Counted from the stretch's first letter, positions 8,793-18,007 are shown. The stretch: 37,275 nt of DNA from Gemmatimonadaceae bacterium (GCA_035702925.1 DASSZC010000436.1:1-37275), one strand, 5' to 3'. Made by a program: numbers and translations. Notes: a model not told the origin generated them from the sequence alone.

Positions 8793-10177
8793 GCGTGTTC
8801 GCGAAAGTCCTCGCGCGCCGGTTGCTGCTGCGTGGGGCCGCCGCGGCGGTACTCTGCGTGAGCGCTGTCGCCGGCGCGCGCCCGGCGCGCGCCCAGGGCA
8901 CGGCGCCGGCTACGCCTGACGGCGCGAGCGCGAAGGCGTCGGGGCCGACGACCACGGACTTCATGGTCGATGGGGTACACGTCGTCCTCCGCCAGACGAC
9001 GGCGAACGACGTCGTCGCGGCGAACCTCTACCTCCTCGGCGGGACGAGACAGCTCACTCCCGAGACGCAGGGAATCGAGGCGATGCTCCTCATCGCGTCG
9101 GAGCGTGGAACGAAGCGCTTCTCGAAGGACGCGCTCCGCGCGCTGACGGCGCGGCTCGGCAGCGACATCGTCATCGACCCGGCGGTGGACTGGTCGATGA
9201 TCGGGGCGCGCTCGCTGCGCGACAGCTTCGACTCGACGTGGATGGTGCTCGCCGACCGGGTGACCGCGCCGCGCCTCGACTCGGCCGAGGTCGAGCGCGT
9301 CCGCGAGCAGATCCTCAGCGACGTCAGCACGCGCCGCGATTCGCCGGACGCGCTCGTCGCGGCGCTCGCCGACAGCGCGACGTGGCAGGGTCACCCCTAT
9401 GCCCTGCAGCCGTTAGGCACGATGGAGAGCATCACGCGCATCACGCTCGCCGACCTGAAGAAGTACGAACGCGAGCAGATGGTCACCTCGCGCATGCTCC
9501 TGGTGGTGGTCGGCAACGTCGATCGCGCGAAGATCGAGCAGCTGGTGCACGCGACGATCGGCAAGCAGCCGCGCGGCAGCTATCGCTGGACCCCGCCGCC
9601 GACGCTGCCGACCGGAATGCCATCGCTCACCATCGCCCCGCGCTCGCTGCCGACGAACTACCTGCTCGGCTATTACGCGGGCCCACCGGCGTCGAGCTCC
9701 GACTATCCGGCGCTGCGAGTCGCGACCGCGGTGCTCTCGGGACGCCTGTTCTCCGAGATTCGCAGCCGGCGGAACCTCACCTACGCGGTGGACGCGCCGT
9801 TCGTCGAGCGGGCAGCGTCGGCCGGGGGGCTCTACGTCACGACCACGGTGCCGGACACGACGCTCGCCCTCATGCGCGCCGAGGTGAAGCGCCTGCAGGA
9901 AGACGAGATCGATCCGTCGGGGCTGGAGCGGCTCGTCCAGCAGTTCATCACGGAATACTTCCTCAACAACGAGACCAACGCGGCGCAGGCGGATTTCATC
10001 GCCCGCGCGGTGCTCTATCGCGGGAGCGCGCTGGCGGCGGACCGGTTCGTCGACGAGCTCCGTGCCGTCCGCCCCGAGGACGTGAAGCGCATCGCGCGCA
10101 CCTACATGCGCGGAGTGCGCTTCGCCTACGTCGGCGATCCGGCGCAGGCGCCGCGGCGGGCCGAAGCGGGGTTCTGA
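8789..10177 (+). CDS. M16 family peptidase-like protein without the HxxEH motif (probable non-catalytic partner)
   Basis: In-frame ATG inside track ORF 8234..10177, forming an ATGA overlap with the upstream stop. Signal peptide MSVFAKVLARRLLLRGAAAAVLCVSAVAGARPARAQ. M16-like fold without HxxEH. Confidence 0.85.
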   Translation: MSVFAKVLARRLLLRGAAAAVLCVSAVAGARPARAQGTAPATPDGASAKASGPTTTDFMVDGVHVVLRQTTANDVVAANLYLLGGTRQLTPETQGIEAMLLIASERGTKRFSKDALRALTARLGSDIVIDPAVDWSMIGARSLRDSFDSTWMVLADRVTAPRLDSAEVERVREQILSDVSTRRDSPDALVAALADSATWQGHPYALQPLGTMESITRITLADLKKYEREQMVTSRMLLVVVGNVDRAKIEQLVHATIGKQPRGSYRWTPPPTLPTGMPSLTIAPRSLPTNYLLGYYAGPPASSSDYPALRVATAVLSGRLFSEIRSRRNLTYAVDAPFVERAASAGGLYVTTTVPDTTLALMRAEVKRLQEDEIDPSGLERLVQQFITEYFLNNETNAAQADFIARAVLYRGSALAADRFVDELRAVRPEDVKRIARTYMRGVRFAYVGDPAQAPRRAEAGF

Positions 10178-10192
10178 GCGGTTACGCCGCCG

Positions 10193-10804
10193 TCAGGCGG
10201 CGCCGCCGGCTCGCGCCTGCAGCTCGGCACGCACCGCGTCGAGGGAGAGACCGAGCGCACGGAGCGCGACGAGGGTGTGGTAGATGATGTCCGCCGCCTC
10301 CGCCGTGGCGCGCGGCGCATCGCCGTCGGCGCAGGCGACCGCGAGCTCGGCGGCTTCCTCGCCGAGCTTCTTCAGTCTCAGGTTGCGATCGGCGAGCAGC
10401 TTGCGCGTATAGCCCTTGCCCGCCTCCCCCTGTTCGGCGGCGCGCTGGGCGATCGTCCGGTCGAGGGCGCCTAACGCGTCGGCGCCGTGCGCGGTCTCGC
10501 CGAAGCAGGACCGGGCACCGGTGTGGCAGGCGGGGCCAGCCGGCGCAACGCGGGCAAGGATCGCGTCGCTGTCGCAGTCAGCGGAAAGCGAGACCACCCG
10601 CTGGGTGTTGCCGCTGGTCGCTCCCTTGTGCCAGAGGCCCCGCGTGCGCGAGCGGTAATGCATCTCCCCCGTGGCGATGGTGCGCTCGAGTGCCTCACGG
10701 TCGGCGTGGGCAACCATGAGGACGATGCCGCTCGTCGCATCCTGGGTGACGACGGTGACGAGCCCGCCGCCCTTGGCGAAGTCCAGCACGTCGAGATCAA
10801 GCAC
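10193..10804 (-). CDS. hisIE: bifunctional phosphoribosyl-AMP cyclohydrolase / phosphoribosyl-ATP pyrophosphatase
   Basis: Track ORF 10193..10918 trimmed to the GTG at 10804, which overlaps the hisN stop (GTGCTTGA). Contains LDFAKGGGLVTVVTQD and the CHTGARSCF zinc motif. The C-terminal HisE part includes EEAAEL...IIYHTLV. Confidence 0.85.
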   Translation of the reverse strand: MLDLDVLDFAKGGGLVTVVTQDATSGIVLMVAHADREALERTIATGEMHYRSRTRGLWHKGATSGNTQRVVSLSADCDSDAILARVAPAGPACHTGARSCFGETAHGADALGALDRTIAQRAAEQGEAGKGYTRKLLADRNLRLKKLGEEAAELAVACADGDAPRATAEAADIIYHTLVALRALGLSLDAVRAELQARAGGAA

Positions 10805-11597
10805 GGGTGACTCCAGCTCCAAGAATCGTGCGCGCTTCACGGGCGAGCGCGGCGTTGGTGGCGATGGCGCTTCCGCCAAACCCGGTCGCGCGCCCACTCC
10901 AGTCGGTGAACACGCCACCGGATTCGGTGATGATCGGGTACAGTGCGGCGGTGTCCCACGGTCCGACGATCCCGTCGACCATCACCTCGGCGCGTCCGGT
11001 CGCGACGAGCAGGTAGCCGTAGCAGTCTCCCCACGAACGGGCGACCGCGCTCCGCGCGGCGAGCGAACGCCAGCCTTCGAGATGCTGCGGGGTCTGACGG
11101 AAGCGCTCATCGGTAGTCAGGACCGTCGCGTCAGCGAGCGTCGCAACTGATGAGACCTGGCACCGCGCGCCGTTCGACCAGCAGCCGGCACCCGATGCGG
11201 CGGCGATCATCTCGCCGACGGCGGGAAAGTACGCCGCGCCGGCGACGACCTCTTCCCCCATGGCGATGGCGACGAGCGTTCCCCAGAGCGGAACCCCGCG
11301 GACGAAGGTCTTCGTCCCGTCGATCGGGTCGACGATCCACCGATATTTCGAGCCGGCTCCCGTTTCGCCCTGCTCCTCGCCGAGTATTCCGTGATCGGGG
11401 TAGCGGCGACCGATCCACTCGCGCGCGGCCTGCTCCGCCTCACGGTCGGCGATGGTGACGGGGGATCCATCGGTCTTCCACTCGACAGCGACGCCGCGGC
11501 GGAAATGACGAAGCGCGGCATCGCCGGCGATGCGCGCGACCTCGGTGACCGCCTCGAGAAGTTCGTTTTTCGCGGGCGCGGCGGCGGTCGTGGTCAT
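10797..11597 (-). CDS. hisN: inositol-monophosphatase-family histidinol-phosphatase
   Basis: Track ORF. IMPase motifs WIVDPIDGT and WDTAA. Embedded in the his operon, with an ATGA overlap to hisF. Confidence 0.8.
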   Translation of the reverse strand: MTTTAAAPAKNELLEAVTEVARIAGDAALRHFRRGVAVEWKTDGSPVTIADREAEQAAREWIGRRYPDHGILGEEQGETGAGSKYRWIVDPIDGTKTFVRGVPLWGTLVAIAMGEEVVAGAAYFPAVGEMIAAASGAGCWSNGARCQVSSVATLADATVLTTDERFRQTPQHLEGWRSLAARSAVARSWGDCYGYLLVATGRAEVMVDGIVGPWDTAALYPIITESGGVFTDWSGRATGFGGSAIATNAALAREARTILGAGVTRA

Positions 11598-12355
11598 GCA
11601 GCCCTCCGCACCGGCACGTGGTGCGCGGCGAGCAGCGCCTTGATCTCACCGACCGTCGTGACCCCGTCGTGGAGGATCCCGGCGACCAGCGCCGCGTCGG
11701 CGCCGCCGCTGCCTAACGCGTCGAGGACGTGGTGAGCGTCCCCCGCCCCTCCGGAGGCGATCACCGGCACGTTCACCGCATCGGCGACCGCGCGAGTCAG
11801 CTCGAGGTCGTACCCGATGCGCGCACCGTCGCGATCGATGCTGGTCAGCATGATCTCCCCGGCGCCGCGCGCGACGCACTCGCGCGCCCAGCTAACGGCG
11901 TCGAGCCCGGTCGCGACGCGGCCGCCGCGGGAGTACACATGCCAGCCGTCACCTTCTCGCCGGGCGTCGATGCTGGCGACGACGCACTGCGCGCCGAAGC
12001 GATCGGCCGCCTCGGTGAGCACCTCGGGCCGTTCGATCGCCGACGAGTTGAGGCTCGTCTTGTCCGCCCCCGCGCGCAGCGCACGGCCGACGTCGTCCGC
12101 GGTGCGGATGCCACCGCCGATGGTGAGTGGGATGAACAGTCGTTCGGCGGTCCGCCGCGCGAGGTCGAGAAGGGTCGCCCGCTCCTCCGCGCTGGCCGAG
12201 ATGTCGAGGAAGACGATCTCGTCGGCGCCCTCGCGCTCATAACGCTCGGCGAGGACCACCGGATCGCCGACATCGCGCAGCGACTCGAACTGCACACCCT
12301 TCACGACCCGTCCCCCGGCGACGTCGAGGCAGACGATCAGCCGGCGCGTCAGCAC
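11594..12355 (-). CDS. hisF: imidazole glycerol phosphate synthase cyclase subunit
   Basis: Track ORF. Contains [23 protein letters not shown] and VIASGGAG. Confidence 0.95.
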   Translation of the reverse strand: MLTRRLIVCLDVAGGRVVKGVQFESLRDVGDPVVLAERYEREGADEIVFLDISASAEERATLLDLARRTAERLFIPLTIGGGIRTADDVGRALRAGADKTSLNSSAIERPEVLTEAADRFGAQCVVASIDARREGDGWHVYSRGGRVATGLDAVSWARECVARGAGEIMLTSIDRDGARIGYDLELTRAVADAVNVPVIASGGAGDAHHVLDALGSGGADAALVAGILHDGVTTVGEIKALLAAHHVPVRRAA

Positions 12356-12380
12356 GGCGCAGCCCCGCGGCGCGCTGTCT

Positions 12381-12920
12381 TCATTCGCTCACCTTCAGTC
12401 CGACCGAGCCCTTGGTGCTGAAGACGACTCCGTCGTCGGCGAGCGCGTCGCGAAGGCAGAGGCCCAACGCCTTGAAGCCGGCTTCGACGATGTGATGGCG
12501 ATCGACGCCGCGCAGCACGCGGATATGCACCGTCGCCATCGCGTTGTCGGCGAAAGAGCGCATCCAGTGATCATACAGCGAGGAGGGGAGCGGTCCGCGA
12601 TAGTATGGCCGGCCACCGAGATCGACCGCGCACTCGACGAGTGCATCGTCCATCGGGACGACGCGGTGCGCGTAGCGGGCCGCGGTCGATGGCGTGATCT
12701 CCCTGACCACGGCACCGACGCAGATCGCGACGTCCTCGATGGTGTGGTGGCGAAGGTCGCCGGTCGCCGCGATCTCGAGGTCGAGCCCCGAGTAGCGGGC
12801 GAGCGCAACCATCATGTGATCGAGGAACTCGACTCCCGTCTGCGAGACGCCGAGCCCATTCCCCGGCTTCGCCTCGACGCGGATGCGCGTCTCCTTGGTC
12901 TGACGCTCGACGATGCTCAT
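12381..12920 (-). CDS. hisB: imidazoleglycerol-phosphate dehydratase (monofunctional)
   Basis: Track ORF. Contains [22 protein letters not shown] and HHIVEA. Confidence 0.9.
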   Translation of the reverse strand: MSIVERQTKETRIRVEAKPGNGLGVSQTGVEFLDHMMVALARYSGLDLEIAATGDLRHHTIEDVAICVGAVVREITPSTAARYAHRVVPMDDALVECAVDLGGRPYYRGPLPSSLYDHWMRSFADNAMATVHIRVLRGVDRHHIVEAGFKALGLCLRDALADDGVVFSTKGSVGLKVSE

Positions 12921-12930
12921 GCCAGGCTCC

Positions 12931-13644
12931 TCATTCGCAGAACTCCCCGGAGACGGCGCGCGGATCGAGCGCGCCGGTGTACAGCGCCATCCCGATCACC
13001 GCGCCGGCGATGCCGCGGTCGGCGAGCGCGCGCAGGTCGTTCATGGTTGTGATCCCGCCCGACGCGAGCACGGGAAACTCGCTCTGCTCGGCGACATCTT
13101 CCATGAGGAACAGGTCGGTCCCGCGCATCTGCCCTTCCTTGTGCACCGCGGTGACGAGCACCCCGCCGAGCGGGCTGTCGTTCAACTCGGCGATGACGTC
13201 GAAGATGTCGCGGTGCTGCGTCTTCTCCCAACCGTGGGTCACGACGCGCCGCTCACGCACGTCGGCGGCGACGATGATCTCGCCGGGATACTGCGTCGCG
13301 ATCCCGTGCAGCCACTCCGGCTCCTCGATCGCGCGCGTCCCGACGACGACATATTCCGCGCCATCGCGCAGCAGCCGCTCGATCGCATCCTCGCTTCGCA
13401 CACCGCCGCCGACCTGGACGAGCATGTCGCTCAGCCCGATGAGGTCGCGAACGATGCGCTCGTTGGAGCCGCGACCGGTCGCCGCGTCGAGGTCGACGAC
13501 GTGCAGCCGCGTGAACCCGGCATCCGTCCACGCGCGCGCGACACCGGCGGGATCGGGAATCCGGATGCGCTCCGCGTCGTACGAGCCGCCGACGAGTTGC
13601 ACGCATGCACCTTCACGAATGTCGACCGCTGGTATCGCGATCAT
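12931..13644 (-). CDS. hisA: 1-(5-phosphoribosyl)-5-[(5-phosphoribosylamino)methylideneamino]imidazole-4-carboxamide isomerase
   Basis: Track ORF. Contains IPAVDIREGACVQLVGG, VQVGGGVRS and LASGGITT. ATGA overlap with the hisH stop. Confidence 0.95.
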   Translation of the reverse strand: MIAIPAVDIREGACVQLVGGSYDAERIRIPDPAGVARAWTDAGFTRLHVVDLDAATGRGSNERIVRDLIGLSDMLVQVGGGVRSEDAIERLLRDGAEYVVVGTRAIEEPEWLHGIATQYPGEIIVAADVRERRVVTHGWEKTQHRDIFDVIAELNDSPLGGVLVTAVHKEGQMRGTDLFLMEDVAEQSEFPVLASGGITTMNDLRALADRGIAGAVIGMALYTGALDPRAVSGEFCE

Positions 13645-14240
13645 CCGAGCGCCTCGGTAACGAGCGCGGCGAGCAGGGCGACGCCCTCACGCGAGCTCTT
13701 CTCAGGGTGAAATTGCACGCCGGTCGCGCTCCCCGCGCGTACCGCCGAGGGAAAGCGGTCACCGCCCTCGGTGGTCCACGCCGTGACGACTCGGTCGTCG
13801 CGCGGGCGACAGACGTAGCTGTGTGCAAAGTAGGCGACGTCGAGAGGACTTGTAGCGAGGGCGCTCCCCGCGACTGCATCGACGGTGTTCCAGCCGATGT
13901 GCGGGATCCGCGGGGACCGGATCCGCTCGACATGCCCGGGGATCACGCCGAGCCCGCGACCGGGCCCCTCGTCACTGTCATCGAAGAGCAGCTGCATGCC
14001 GAGGCAGATGCCGATCGTTGGCAGGCCACCTTCGATCGCCGCTCGCGTCTCGGCGAGCGCGGGGGCGAGCCGCTCCGCCGCCGGCTGAAAGGCGCCGACA
14101 CCGGGAAGCACGAACAGGTCGGCCTCGATCGCCCGGCGCGGATCACTCTCGATGCTGATCGCGTGCCCCGTCTCGGCGAGTGCCTTGCCGAGCGAGTGGA
14201 GGTTTCCCGCCCCGTAATCGAACAGCGCGATGCGCATCAT
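13641..14240 (-). CDS. hisH: imidazole glycerol phosphate synthase glutamine amidotransferase subunit
   Basis: Track ORF 13641..14543 trimmed to MMRIALFDYGAGNLHS. Catalytic GICLGMQLL is present. The start overlaps the hisC stop. Confidence 0.9.
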   Translation of the reverse strand: MMRIALFDYGAGNLHSLGKALAETGHAISIESDPRRAIEADLFVLPGVGAFQPAAERLAPALAETRAAIEGGLPTIGICLGMQLLFDDSDEGPGRGLGVIPGHVERIRSPRIPHIGWNTVDAVAGSALATSPLDVAYFAHSYVCRPRDDRVVTAWTTEGGDRFPSAVRAGSATGVQFHPEKSSREGVALLAALVTEALG

Positions 14241-15328
14241 CCACCTCCCATCGTGGCGTCGAGCGCGCCGAGCGCGGCCTCGACCATGTCCCACGGTCCG
14301 ACGCTGATCCGCAGCGCCGATCCACCGCTGATGCGCAGCGCATCGCTGATCGCCGGCAATCCCTCGAACGGTCGCACCGCGACACCGAGCGTGCGCATGT
14401 GGCGCGCGCGCGCGTTCGCATTGGTGATCGGGACGAGCACGAAGTTCGCCTCCGAGTGAATGGGCGCGAGATTCCGCCGCTCGAGCTCGGAGGTGAGGCG
14501 ATCGCGGTTGGCCTTCGCTTCGACGATGTGCTCGCGTGCCCACTCGAGGCCGTCGCCGAGCGCGGCGAGCGCGGCACGCTCGGCGACGGCGTTCACCTTG
14601 TACGGTCCGCGCGACTTCTCGACTTCGGCGACGAGCGCCGGTGCGCCGGTCGCGTAGCCGATGCGCAACCCGGCGAGGCCGAACGCCTTCGACATCGTTC
14701 GCGCGACGAGCACGCGATCGTTCTCGAGGGCGCTTGGGGACAGGTCCACCGAGGCGAACTCCGCGTACGCCTCGTCGATGATCACGATGCCAGTGGCCCG
14801 CTCGACGATGCGCTCGACCGCCGAGCGCGAGAGCGATGCGCCAGTGGGGTTGTTGGGCGAGCAGAGATAGATGATGCGCGCATCGGTCGCGAGCATCGCG
14901 TCCGGGTCGATGTCATAGCTCGAGGTCAGCGGGACGGTGACGGACCGCAGCCCGTTCATCCGGGCGAAGATCGGGATCATCGCGAAGGACGGATCGGGCG
15001 AGACGATGACGTCCCCCGGTTCGGCGAAGGCGCGGATCGCCGAATCGAGAATGTCATCGGAGCCGCAACCGGTGACCATGCGGTCGTGGGAGACACCAAG
15101 GTAGCGCCCGAGCGCTTCCTTGAGCGACGCGGCGTACAGATTCGGATAGCGCGTCACCGTGGAAACCGAGGCCTGGCGAATTGCATCTTCGACAGCCGGG
15201 GCGACCCCCCAGCAGTTGGTGTTGTCGCTGAGGTCGACGCGACAGGGCGCACGGTCGGGGGCGTAGAGCTCGATCGTGCGATAGCTCTCACGCGTCAGGC
15301 CAGACGATCGGTTCATCTCGCGCTCCAT
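14237..15328 (-). CDS. hisC: histidinol-phosphate aminotransferase
   Basis: Track ORF. PLP-lysine region SKAFGLAGLRIGY. An alternative start at 15316 (MNRSSG) would give an ATGA overlap with the hisD stop. Confidence 0.9.
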   Translation of the reverse strand: MEREMNRSSGLTRESYRTIELYAPDRAPCRVDLSDNTNCWGVAPAVEDAIRQASVSTVTRYPNLYAASLKEALGRYLGVSHDRMVTGCGSDDILDSAIRAFAEPGDVIVSPDPSFAMIPIFARMNGLRSVTVPLTSSYDIDPDAMLATDARIIYLCSPNNPTGASLSRSAVERIVERATGIVIIDEAYAEFASVDLSPSALENDRVLVARTMSKAFGLAGLRIGYATGAPALVAEVEKSRGPYKVNAVAERAALAALGDGLEWAREHIVEAKANRDRLTSELERRNLAPIHSEANFVLVPITNANARARHMRTLGVAVRPFEGLPAISDALRISGGSALRISVGPWDMVEAALGALDATMGGG

Positions 15329-16614
15329 GCTCTGGCCGCGGCAGCGTGTCCGGGAAGTTCTTCCGCATCGGCGAAGATGCCGACGTCACCCGCCAACCGC
15401 GCCGCTGCCTCACGGTCGATCCGCTGCCAGGTCGTCCAGCGGACGAAGTCGAGGGTGGACAGCCCCGAGTAGCAGCGAGCGAGTCCGCCGGTGGGAAGGA
15501 CGTGGTTCGCGCCGGTCATGTAGTCGCCGAACGCGACGGAGCTCGTCGCACCGACGAAGACGGTACCGGCACCGCGCAGCTGGCGAAGTACGCTGTCGGA
15601 ATCGGCGCAGGCGACCAGCACGTGTTCGGCAGCGATCTCGTTGGCGAGCGCGATCGCCTGCCTCATGTCGTCGGCCTCGAGCACTCCGCCGCGAGCGCCG
15701 AGTGCGGCGGCGACGATGGCGCGTCGCGGCGCGGAATCGATCGCAGCGGTGAGCGAAGCATCGATAGCGCTGGACGAACCGACGACGATCGCCAGCACCA
15801 GGGTATCCGGGTCGTGCTCGGCCTGCGCGACGAGCTCTCGCGCGACGACGTCGGGGTCGGCCGCCGCGTCGCAGATGATCAGCAGCTCGCTCGGTCCAGC
15901 CGGCGAGTCGATGGCGACGTTTCCGGACACCTGCAGCTTCGCCTCGGCGACATACGCGTTCCCCGGCCCGACGATGCGATCGACGCGCGGGACGCTCCCG
16001 GTGCCGTATGCCATCGCCGCGATCGCCCCCGCCCCGCCTAACGCGAAGACGCGGTCGACGCCGGCGAGCGCGGCCGCGGCGAGCACCACGGGCGCGGGCT
16101 CGCCGCCGGCTTGCGGGGGCGAGCAGAGCACGACCTCGCCGACCCCGGCGACCCGCGCCGGCACCGCGCCCATCAGGACGCTGCTCGGATAGAGGGCACG
16201 CCCACCGGGAGCGTAGACACCGACGCGCCCGAGCGGATCCGGACGCCGGCCGATGATGACACCCGGCTCCGTCTCGATCTCCTGCGCCACCGGACGAAAG
16301 GCCGCGTGCGCGGTCTCGATATTTCGCGCCGCACGCTCCATCGCCTTCCGCAGCGGCGGCTCGACGCGATCGAGCGCCCGCAGCCATCGGGGACGCGGTA
16401 CCTCGAGCGCATCGAGGTTGACCCCGTCGAGCTCCACCGCCAGGGCGCGCAGCGCCGCGTCGCCTTCGCGACGCACGCGCGAAACGATCCCCGCCACGCG
16501 CTCACGGACGACCGGGTCACTCGACGTCGTCCGCTCGAGCAGCAATCGCCTCGTTGCCTCGCTCATCTCGGCGACCCGCCCCGCCACCGCCCACCGTGCT
16601 CGCCCCTCTCTCAT
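15313..16614 (-). CDS. hisD: histidinol dehydrogenase
   Basis: Track ORF. Contains QAEHD and GDYMTGANHVLPTGG. The true start may be the internal ATG at 16566 (MSEATRR). Confidence 0.9.
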   Translation of the reverse strand: MREGRARWAVAGRVAEMSEATRRLLLERTTSSDPVVRERVAGIVSRVRREGDAALRALAVELDGVNLDALEVPRPRWLRALDRVEPPLRKAMERAARNIETAHAAFRPVAQEIETEPGVIIGRRPDPLGRVGVYAPGGRALYPSSVLMGAVPARVAGVGEVVLCSPPQAGGEPAPVVLAAAALAGVDRVFALGGAGAIAAMAYGTGSVPRVDRIVGPGNAYVAEAKLQVSGNVAIDSPAGPSELLIICDAAADPDVVARELVAQAEHDPDTLVLAIVVGSSSAIDASLTAAIDSAPRRAIVAAALGARGGVLEADDMRQAIALANEIAAEHVLVACADSDSVLRQLRGAGTVFVGATSSVAFGDYMTGANHVLPTGGLARCYSGLSTLDFVRWTTWQRIDREAAARLAGDVGIFADAEELPGHAAAARAWSAR

Positions 16615-16676
16615 CTCTCATTCGGAGTCTCTCTCGTCTCTCATCGCCGTGTCATAGCCAGCATGGCGGAGTGATC

Positions 16677-17546
16677 TCAAGGCATGAGCCGCTCGATCCT
16701 CGTCACGAGGATCCCTTCGGCGCCGAGCGACTTCAGCTCGGCGATCGTGCGATAGACCGTCTTTGCCGGAACGACCGCGTGCACCGCGACGTGAATGCCG
16801 CCGTCGAGGATGTCGATCACCGTCGGGCCGTTGAGCCCGGGGATCACCCGGCGCACCGCGTCGAGCGCGGCGCGGGGGACGTTGGCCATGAGGTAGCGCT
16901 TCCCGCGCGCGCGGAGCACCGAGTCGAGCGCCATCGTCAGCTCCTCGATCGAGCGCCGGCGGTCGGCGCTCCCCGTCGTCAGCGCGTTAGGCGCGGCGAC
17001 GAGGCGGGCCGTCGACTCCATGATCGTCTCGACCTCGTGGAGCCCATTCACCTTGAGCGTCGAACCCGTCGAGGTGATGTCGACGATGACGTCGGCGATG
17101 CCGATGTGCGGCGCGATCTCGGCCGCCCCGGAGACGGGGACGATCTCGACGCGCTGGTTGCGGTCGGCGAAGAAGCGCGCGGCCAGCCGCGGGTAGACGG
17201 TGGCGACTCTCGCCCCGGCGGGGATCGCGGCTGTCGTCGCAACGCTGCTGTCGTCGCTCGCGGCGACGATGAGGCGGCAGCGCCCGAACTCGAGGTCGGC
17301 GAGGGTCTCGAGGTCGCGCCCCGACTCGCTGACGAGGTCCCAGCCGGTGACGCCGGCGTCGGCGGCGCCGTCGGCGACGAACTCGGGGATGTCCTGGGCG
17401 CGAACGAACAGCGCCTGGAACTCGCCACCAAGCGAGGCCGTCAGCGCCCGCTCACCGGTAGCCCGTACCTCGAGCCCGGCGTCGCCGAACAGCAGGCGCG
17501 CCTCCTCGGAAAGCCGTCCCTTGTTCGGTAGTGCGATCTTCAACAT
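16677..17546 (-). CDS. hisG: ATP phosphoribosyltransferase (long form)
   Basis: Track ORF. MLKIALPNKGRLSEEA, with a C-terminal regulatory domain present (289 aa). Confidence 0.95.
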   Translation of the reverse strand: MLKIALPNKGRLSEEARLLFGDAGLEVRATGERALTASLGGEFQALFVRAQDIPEFVADGAADAGVTGWDLVSESGRDLETLADLEFGRCRLIVAASDDSSVATTAAIPAGARVATVYPRLAARFFADRNQRVEIVPVSGAAEIAPHIGIADVIVDITSTGSTLKVNGLHEVETIMESTARLVAAPNALTTGSADRRRSIEELTMALDSVLRARGKRYLMANVPRAALDAVRRVIPGLNGPTVIDILDGGIHVAVHAVVPAKTVYRTIAELKSLGAEGILVTRIERLMP

Positions 17547-17606
17547 TCCAACCTCGGCGATTGAAGCTCGGCCATTCCGTCTCCGGCATGACCGTGAACG
17601 TCGGTG

Positions 17607-17639
17607 AAAACAAAAAAGGCCCGTCCACGTGGACGGGCC
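17607..17639 (-). terminator. intrinsic terminator / attenuator between the his leader peptide and hisG
   Basis: Perfect palindrome GGCCCGTCCACGTGGACGGGCC (17618-17639). On the minus strand it is followed by TTTTTTGTTTT (plus-strand A-run 17607-17617). It lies 35 nt after the leader stop codon and about 60 nt before the hisG ATG. Confidence 0.75.
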
Positions 17640-17674
17640 GCGACAGCGCGAAGCGTTACTCCCGGGCGATCAGA

Positions 17675-17752
17675 TCACCCGCACACGCGACACGACGCCC
17701 CGACCCGTAGGCCGTGGTGGCTCGCATGATGGTGGTGGACGAGGGTCTGCAT
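17675..17752 (-). CDS. hisL: histidine operon leader peptide (25 aa): MQTLVHHHHASHHGLRVGASCRVCG
   Basis: Minus-strand ATG at 17752. Codons read GTC CAC CAC CAT CAT GCG AGC CAC CAC, giving six His in eight codons, with TGA at 17677-17675. It sits between a sigma70-like promoter and a terminator directly upstream of hisG. It is too short for the ORF track, which lists only a different-frame 73-aa ORF here. Confidence 0.7.
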   Translation of the reverse strand: MQTLVHHHHASHHGLRVGASCRVCG

Positions 17753-17761
17753 CGCGAACGA

Positions 17762-17790
17762 AGACTAGAGAGGCTCGCGCGCCAAGTCAA
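17762..17790 (-). promoter_or_regulatory. putative sigma70-type promoter of the his operon (TTGACT-17 nt-TAGTCT)
   Basis: On the minus strand, TTGACT lies at 17790-17785 and TAGTCT at 17767-17762, with a 17-nt spacer. The -10 element ends 9 nt before the leader ATG, implying a leaderless or near-leaderless leader mRNA. That fits the absence of a Shine-Dalgarno sequence. Confidence 0.45.
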
Positions 17791-17923
17791 CCGCACCCGG
17801 TCCGGCGAGGCATCGTCGCGGTCGCTTGCTCGCCTCATTGCTTGCTCACACGAGCCGCTGAACGCCAAGACGTGCACGCATCACGTTTCGGGCATGTCTC
17901 CTGCTCAATTGCTTTGACACGAC

Positions 17924-17943
17924 ATTGTGAATAAATTCACAAT
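17924..17943. promoter_or_regulatory. perfect CRP-type palindrome ATTGTGAAT-AA-ATTCACAAT (TGTGA-N6-TCACA)
   Basis: 9-bp perfect inverted arms. The core TGTGA (17926-17930) and TCACA (17937-17941) match the CRP consensus half-sites. The site is centred about 74 bp upstream of the cupredoxin ATG and overlaps a TTGACA (17914-17919)-18 nt-CACAAT promoter-like element. Confidence 0.5.
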
Positions 17944-18007
17944 TCTCCGCGGTGACCCTGCGGAGTGGATGTCACACACCAAGTGCCACGTACGGAGGCC
18001 TCAAGGA

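Noticed and set aside
14180-16387. Long ORFs 14180..15472 (+), 15346..16041 (+) and 15410..16387 (-)
   Set aside because: These are shadows of hisC and hisD, with low-complexity Arg/Asp/Gly-rich translations.
17786-17812. ACCCGGTCCGGCGAGGCATCG, reminiscent of the SRP (4.5S) RNA GGUCCGGAAGGAAGCAGC motif
   Set aside because: The conserved GGAA tetraloop and symmetric-loop residues are not matched. No flanking helix 8-like pairing is evident. The segment overlaps the his promoter.
17656-17877. 73-aa minus-strand ORF in the hisG upstream region
   Set aside because: It has no motifs and starts upstream of the putative promoter. The overlapping 25-codon His-rich frame, with promoter and terminator, explains the region better.
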